Of a DNA stretch of 64,000 bases, positions 59,726 to 64,000 are shown piece by piece. The notes under the pieces are model-generated. The model was not told where the DNA came from and made no database searches. It worked only from the letters and a program-made list of their open reading frames with translations. Numbering within the stretch: position 1 is the first letter of the stretch; the number at the start of each line of letters is the position of its first letter. This DNA is from Octopus vulgaris (Eukaryota): positions 14,880,001 through 14,944,000 of the forward strand of contig OX597841.1 in NCBI GenBank assembly GCA_951406725.2, read 5' to 3'. A program made the position numbers and the translations under genes.

Positions 59726-59977
59726 ATATGTATATATGTGTGCGTGTGTATGTGTTAAGGTGTGTGGCATAGTGGTTAGTGTATTCGACTCACGGTTGAA
59801 AGGTCCTGAGTTCAATCACTAACAGTGCTCTGAGATGCAGCACGGAATTTTGGCAAATTAAATTTAAATGTTGAAGTGAATCTAACGGTTTTTTGTGTGT
59901 TTCTTAAATGGCTTCCAAACACCTTCCACGCTGCAATTGCATTATAATTTCAATATTACTGCGAAGCGCGCCCGCCT

Positions 59978-60382
59978 TACTCTTTTACTTGTTTCAGTCA
60001 GTTGACTGCGGGGCCATGCTGGAGCACCGCCTTTTAGTCGAGCAACTCGATCCCGGGACTTATTCTTTTTGTAAGCCCAGTACTTATTCTATCGGTCTCT
60101 TAAGCCGAACCGCTAAGTGACGGGGACGTAAACACACCAGCATCGGTTGTCAAGCAATGCTAGGGGGACAAACGCAGACACAAAAACACACACACACACA
60201 TATATATATACATATTTACGATGGGCTTCTTTCAGTTTCCGTCTACCAAATCCACTCACAAGGCTTTGGTCGGCCCGAGGCTATAGTAGAAGACTCTTGC
60301 CCAAGATGCCACGCAGTGAGACTGAACCCGGAATTATGTGGTTGGTAAGCAAGCTACTTACCACACAGCCACTCCCGCGCCT
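59978..60382 (-). mobile_element. SINE family 1 (copy 2 only)
   Basis: Full-length copy upstream of exon 6. Confidence 0.8.
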
Positions 60383-60457
60383 TCTGTAATTATCATTATG
60401 TCCATTGTTGCCCCTTTTTTTCTCCCTTTCATATTTCGTCTTCACGTCTGTTTGTAG

Positions 60458-60621
60458 CTATTACATTAAAAACAGCTTCAACAGTCATACTTATGGAGAA
60501 TGCGTGCAGTTCTACCCCGATGGAGTCAGGAAACATGCATTCCGATGGAATAACCCATTCGAATGCAAATGCCATAAGGGCACTTGGGTACAATTTTCCA
60601 GTTATTTGGAATTAGCACCAG
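60458..60621 (+). CDS. DD3-3-like copy 2, coding exon 6
   Basis: YYIKNSFNSH...RKHAFRWNNPFECKCHKG...; 164 nt. Confidence 0.85.
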
Positions 60622-60939
60622 GTAGGTAGAATTCCCTTCTTTCTTTCATTTTTATTTTGTGTGTGTGTGTGAGTGTATGCATATTACCTCAATACATCTG
60701 ACTAATATGGGCATAATGAGATACTCTTATCTACAGGCTGAAACAGCTGTAAGATCAATTTTATATGTATTATTCTTATGGTATTATCTTACTTATTGAT
60801 GTATATTGTTTTATTCTGTCTTATTCTGTTGGATTTGGATGTTCCTATTTAATCTGAATAATTAGTTAATAAATTATATGAACTGGTATTATCTGGAAGT
60901 TGATGATTGAAAAAAATCTATTCCTCCATTTTCTTATTT

Positions 60940-61108
<169 letters not shown>

Positions 61109-61461
61109 ATGAGGGAATATTATTCCAAACTTACAGGGAAAAATTCAATTTAGAAATACTAAATTAAATTTCACAAAATATAATATGTATATATATAAAT
61201 TAGAAAAAAAAAACACCTTTTATCAATTCAATTATGAAAAATTAAATTATACCATCTAGAAAATTACATATAATAGAAAGATTAAATATAGTCACGAAAC
61301 ACGTGTCGTTATTCTACCAAATATATACGTTTTTATTTATTATTTTGCACATTACTTAATCATCGTTATATGTTTTATCTTAAAATTTAATCTTTCTATA
61401 ATATGTAATTTTCTAGATGGTGTAATTTAAGTTTTCATTATTGAATTGATAAAAGGTGTTG

Positions 61462-61528
<67 letters not shown>

Positions 61529-61787
61529 GAAATGAAGAAAATGCTGACAAAATAATTTAAATAATTTAAGTAATTTAATTAGGTGAAAGTTCTTTTTACC
61601 GGTTGCGCATTTGTTATGCTTTTTTCCTCAGATAAGAGGAAAAAACTTTTGATAAGCATAACAAATGCGCAACCGGTGAAAAGAACTTTCACCTAATTAA
61701 ATTACTTAAATTATTTAAATTATTTTGTCAGCACATTCTTCATTTCCTTTTTTATATATCACAACTCGTGTTCCACATCTCCTTTTT

Positions 61788-61904
<117 letters not shown>

Positions 61905-61907
61905 TTG

Positions 61908-62267
61908 TGGTACTCCGTCAGTTACGACGACGAGGGTTCCAGTTGATCCGATCAACAGAACAGCCTGCTCGTGAAATTAACATGCAGGTGGCTGAGCACT
62001 CCACAGACACGTGTACCCTTAACGTAGTCCTCGGGGAGATTCAGCGTGGTACAGAGTGTGACAGGGCTGGCCCCTTTGAAATACAGGTACAACAGAAACA
62101 GGAAGAACAAGTGAGGGAATGTTGTGGTGAAAGAGTACAGCAGGGTTCGCCACCGCCCCCTGCTGGAGTCACGTGGGAGTTTATGTTGTTTCCGCCCAAC
62201 AAACAATCGCAACACCCAGTCTCGGAATTGAAACCGCTGCTCTAACAACTGGGCCATTGCGCCTCCA
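61908..62267 (-). mobile_element. tRNA-derived SINE, family 2
   Basis: Head GTGGAGGCGCAATGGCCCAG..GGTTTCAATTCC. Related copies at 15781-16530 (split by microsatellite), 26800-27008 and 33330-33660. Confidence 0.7.
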
Positions 62268-62620
62268 CACACACACATATGTGTGTGTGTGTGCGTATGT
62301 CTATGTATATATGTTTACGTGTACATACATACATGTGTATACACACGCTCGCATCACAAGCGAAACACTGCCACCTTTCTCCTAGTATGTGACGCCCACA
62401 TCGACACCTACCCTCTCCCGTTCCCAACTCCACTCGACCTTAACCCCACCCCTACCCCAACTCCACTTGACCCCGACCCCAGCCAGACTTCACCGCCCCT
62501 CCCACTCCAACTCCACTCCTTTCCCAATCCTGGTCGTAACCCAATGAGCGACAGCAGTAAAAATAAGATGGACGTATCGAATTCTATTTTATTTATTTTC
62601 TTTTCTTCTTTCTGTTCCAG

Positions 62621-62771
62621 AATTCAAAACTGTCGAAGAATGTGTGAGCGCTAGAAAATCAACCAAAATCAATTATATTTGGGGAATCCCTTGGGACACG
62701 AAGAATATCACAAAAAAAGAGTGTATGGTTGCCCCTGAAAAACCCTTCTGTTCACAGGCTCCAGTTAATAG
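62621..62771 (+). CDS. DD3-3-like copy 2, coding exon 7 (GC donor)
   Basis: EFKTVEEC...WGIPWDTK...APVN-AG|gcaagt; 151 nt. Confidence 0.82.
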
Positions 62772-62789
62772 GCAAGTCTTATCTTAAAA

Positions 62790-63544
62790 CTAGCAGTATC
62801 GCCCGGCGTTGCTCGGGTTTGTTTCGACCCTTTAGAATTGGAATTTTTGAAAAGTAAAAATTTTGCATTATGTAGCTTGTTATTCTCTTTAAGTGAACAT
62901 TTTTCTGGTTGAAATACACCGAAAAATGGCGACACGGCAGTCAAAATTGGAAAAAATAGGGATTTTCATAGAAAAAAAAGCATCTTTTTGATGTAAATAA
63001 TTTTTGGTGTTAACACGGTTCGATTCGAATTTTTTCTTCTACAGAATGAAGAGCAAGCCTTCTTTTATCATACTCTCAATTTTGGTCAACTTGCGCCACA
63101 GGGTCTCGGAGGAGATAGTGTTAGTTGAAGGCTACCAAACCTGCCATACACACACACACAACTTCGGTTTTATGTGCATAGGTTTCGTCTGTCTTTACGT
63201 TCTGAGTTCAAATTCCGCTAAGGTCGACTGCTACATAATGCAAAATTTTTACTTTTCAAAAATTCCAATTCTAAATGGTCGAAAAGAATTTTTTTGTGAT
63301 GTCATTGGTTTTGAGCGAACGACGGATCAGCTGATCCCATGCAGAGGAGTAATGTTCGCTGCGTGATGCACTAATTTTCAAGGTCGTCAGCTGCTACAAT
63401 TCAGCAATTTCAATCGATTTTTTTGTGAGAAAAACTAATTGCGTTAACTTCAGACAGAACATTGTTAACGTGACATCAAAGTCTGCCGTTTTAAGCACAA
63501 CTAAAAAAAAAACAAATGCGAGCAATGCCGGGCTATACTGCTAG
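62790..63544. mobile_element. composite Helitron B element (counterpart of 28045-28777)
   Basis: Near-identical sequence and position. Confidence 0.6.
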
Positions 63545-63959
63545 TATCACTAAGCATTCCGCCCGGCGTGCTAACGATTCTGCCAGATCGCCGCTTTAAG
63601 TTATCAAAATATTAGAAACCGTTTGAACTCGAAACAATACATCACTGCTAATTTAACATGAAAGTCTACGTGTCTTTCTCTAATCTGTTTCTTTACTACC
63701 CACAAGGGGCTAAACATAGAGGGGACAAACAAGGACAGACAAAGGGATTATGTTGATTACATCAACTCCAGTGCGTAACTGGTACGTTATTTATCGACCC
63801 CGAAAGGATGAAAGGCAAAGTCGACCTCGGCGGGATTTGAACTCAGAACGTAACGGCAGACGAAACACAGCTACGCATTTCGCCCGGCGTGCTAACGTTT
63901 CTGCCGGCTCGCCGCCTTGTGTCTTTCTCTAATCGTTTTTTTTTCTTTCCCTGACACAG

Positions 63960-64000
63960 AATAAATCATTTAGGCAATGGGATCGGCGGAGAAACCAATT
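63960..64000 (+). CDS. DD3-3-like copy 2, coding exon 8 (partial, window edge)
   Basis: acacag|RINHLGNGIGGETN... Confidence 0.8.

Overview
AT-rich, microsatellite-saturated animal DNA. The SINE, Helitron and mariner content looks like a coleoid cephalopod (Octopus-like); that is an inference from repeat families. Almost all ORFs in the supplied track are microsatellite artefacts. Splicing by hand gives one real gene present twice in tandem on the + strand, about 33-34 kb apart. It encodes a secreted protein of the functionally uncharacterised Dictyostelium DD3-3 family. Copy 1 is complete: a putative TATA promoter and non-coding exon 1 at about 10.9 kb, 13 coding exons at 20798-37573 (1974 nt, 657 aa) and one GC-AG intron. 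Copy 2 starts at about 44.7 kb and runs off the window end within coding exon 8. The copies are near-identical in promoter, signal peptide and much intron sequence. Over about 375 comparable codons they differ at 28 amino acids versus only 7 silent-only codons, and half of the replacements fall in a 37-codon patch of one exon, suggesting diversifying selection. Also present: a recently disrupted CR1/L2-type LINE in copy 2 only, many non-autonomous Helitrons (some with empty sites in the other copy), mariner and Penelope relics, minimal hammerhead-ribozyme-like motifs, long hairpins, and a 140-bp triplication that creates possible in-frame micro-exons.
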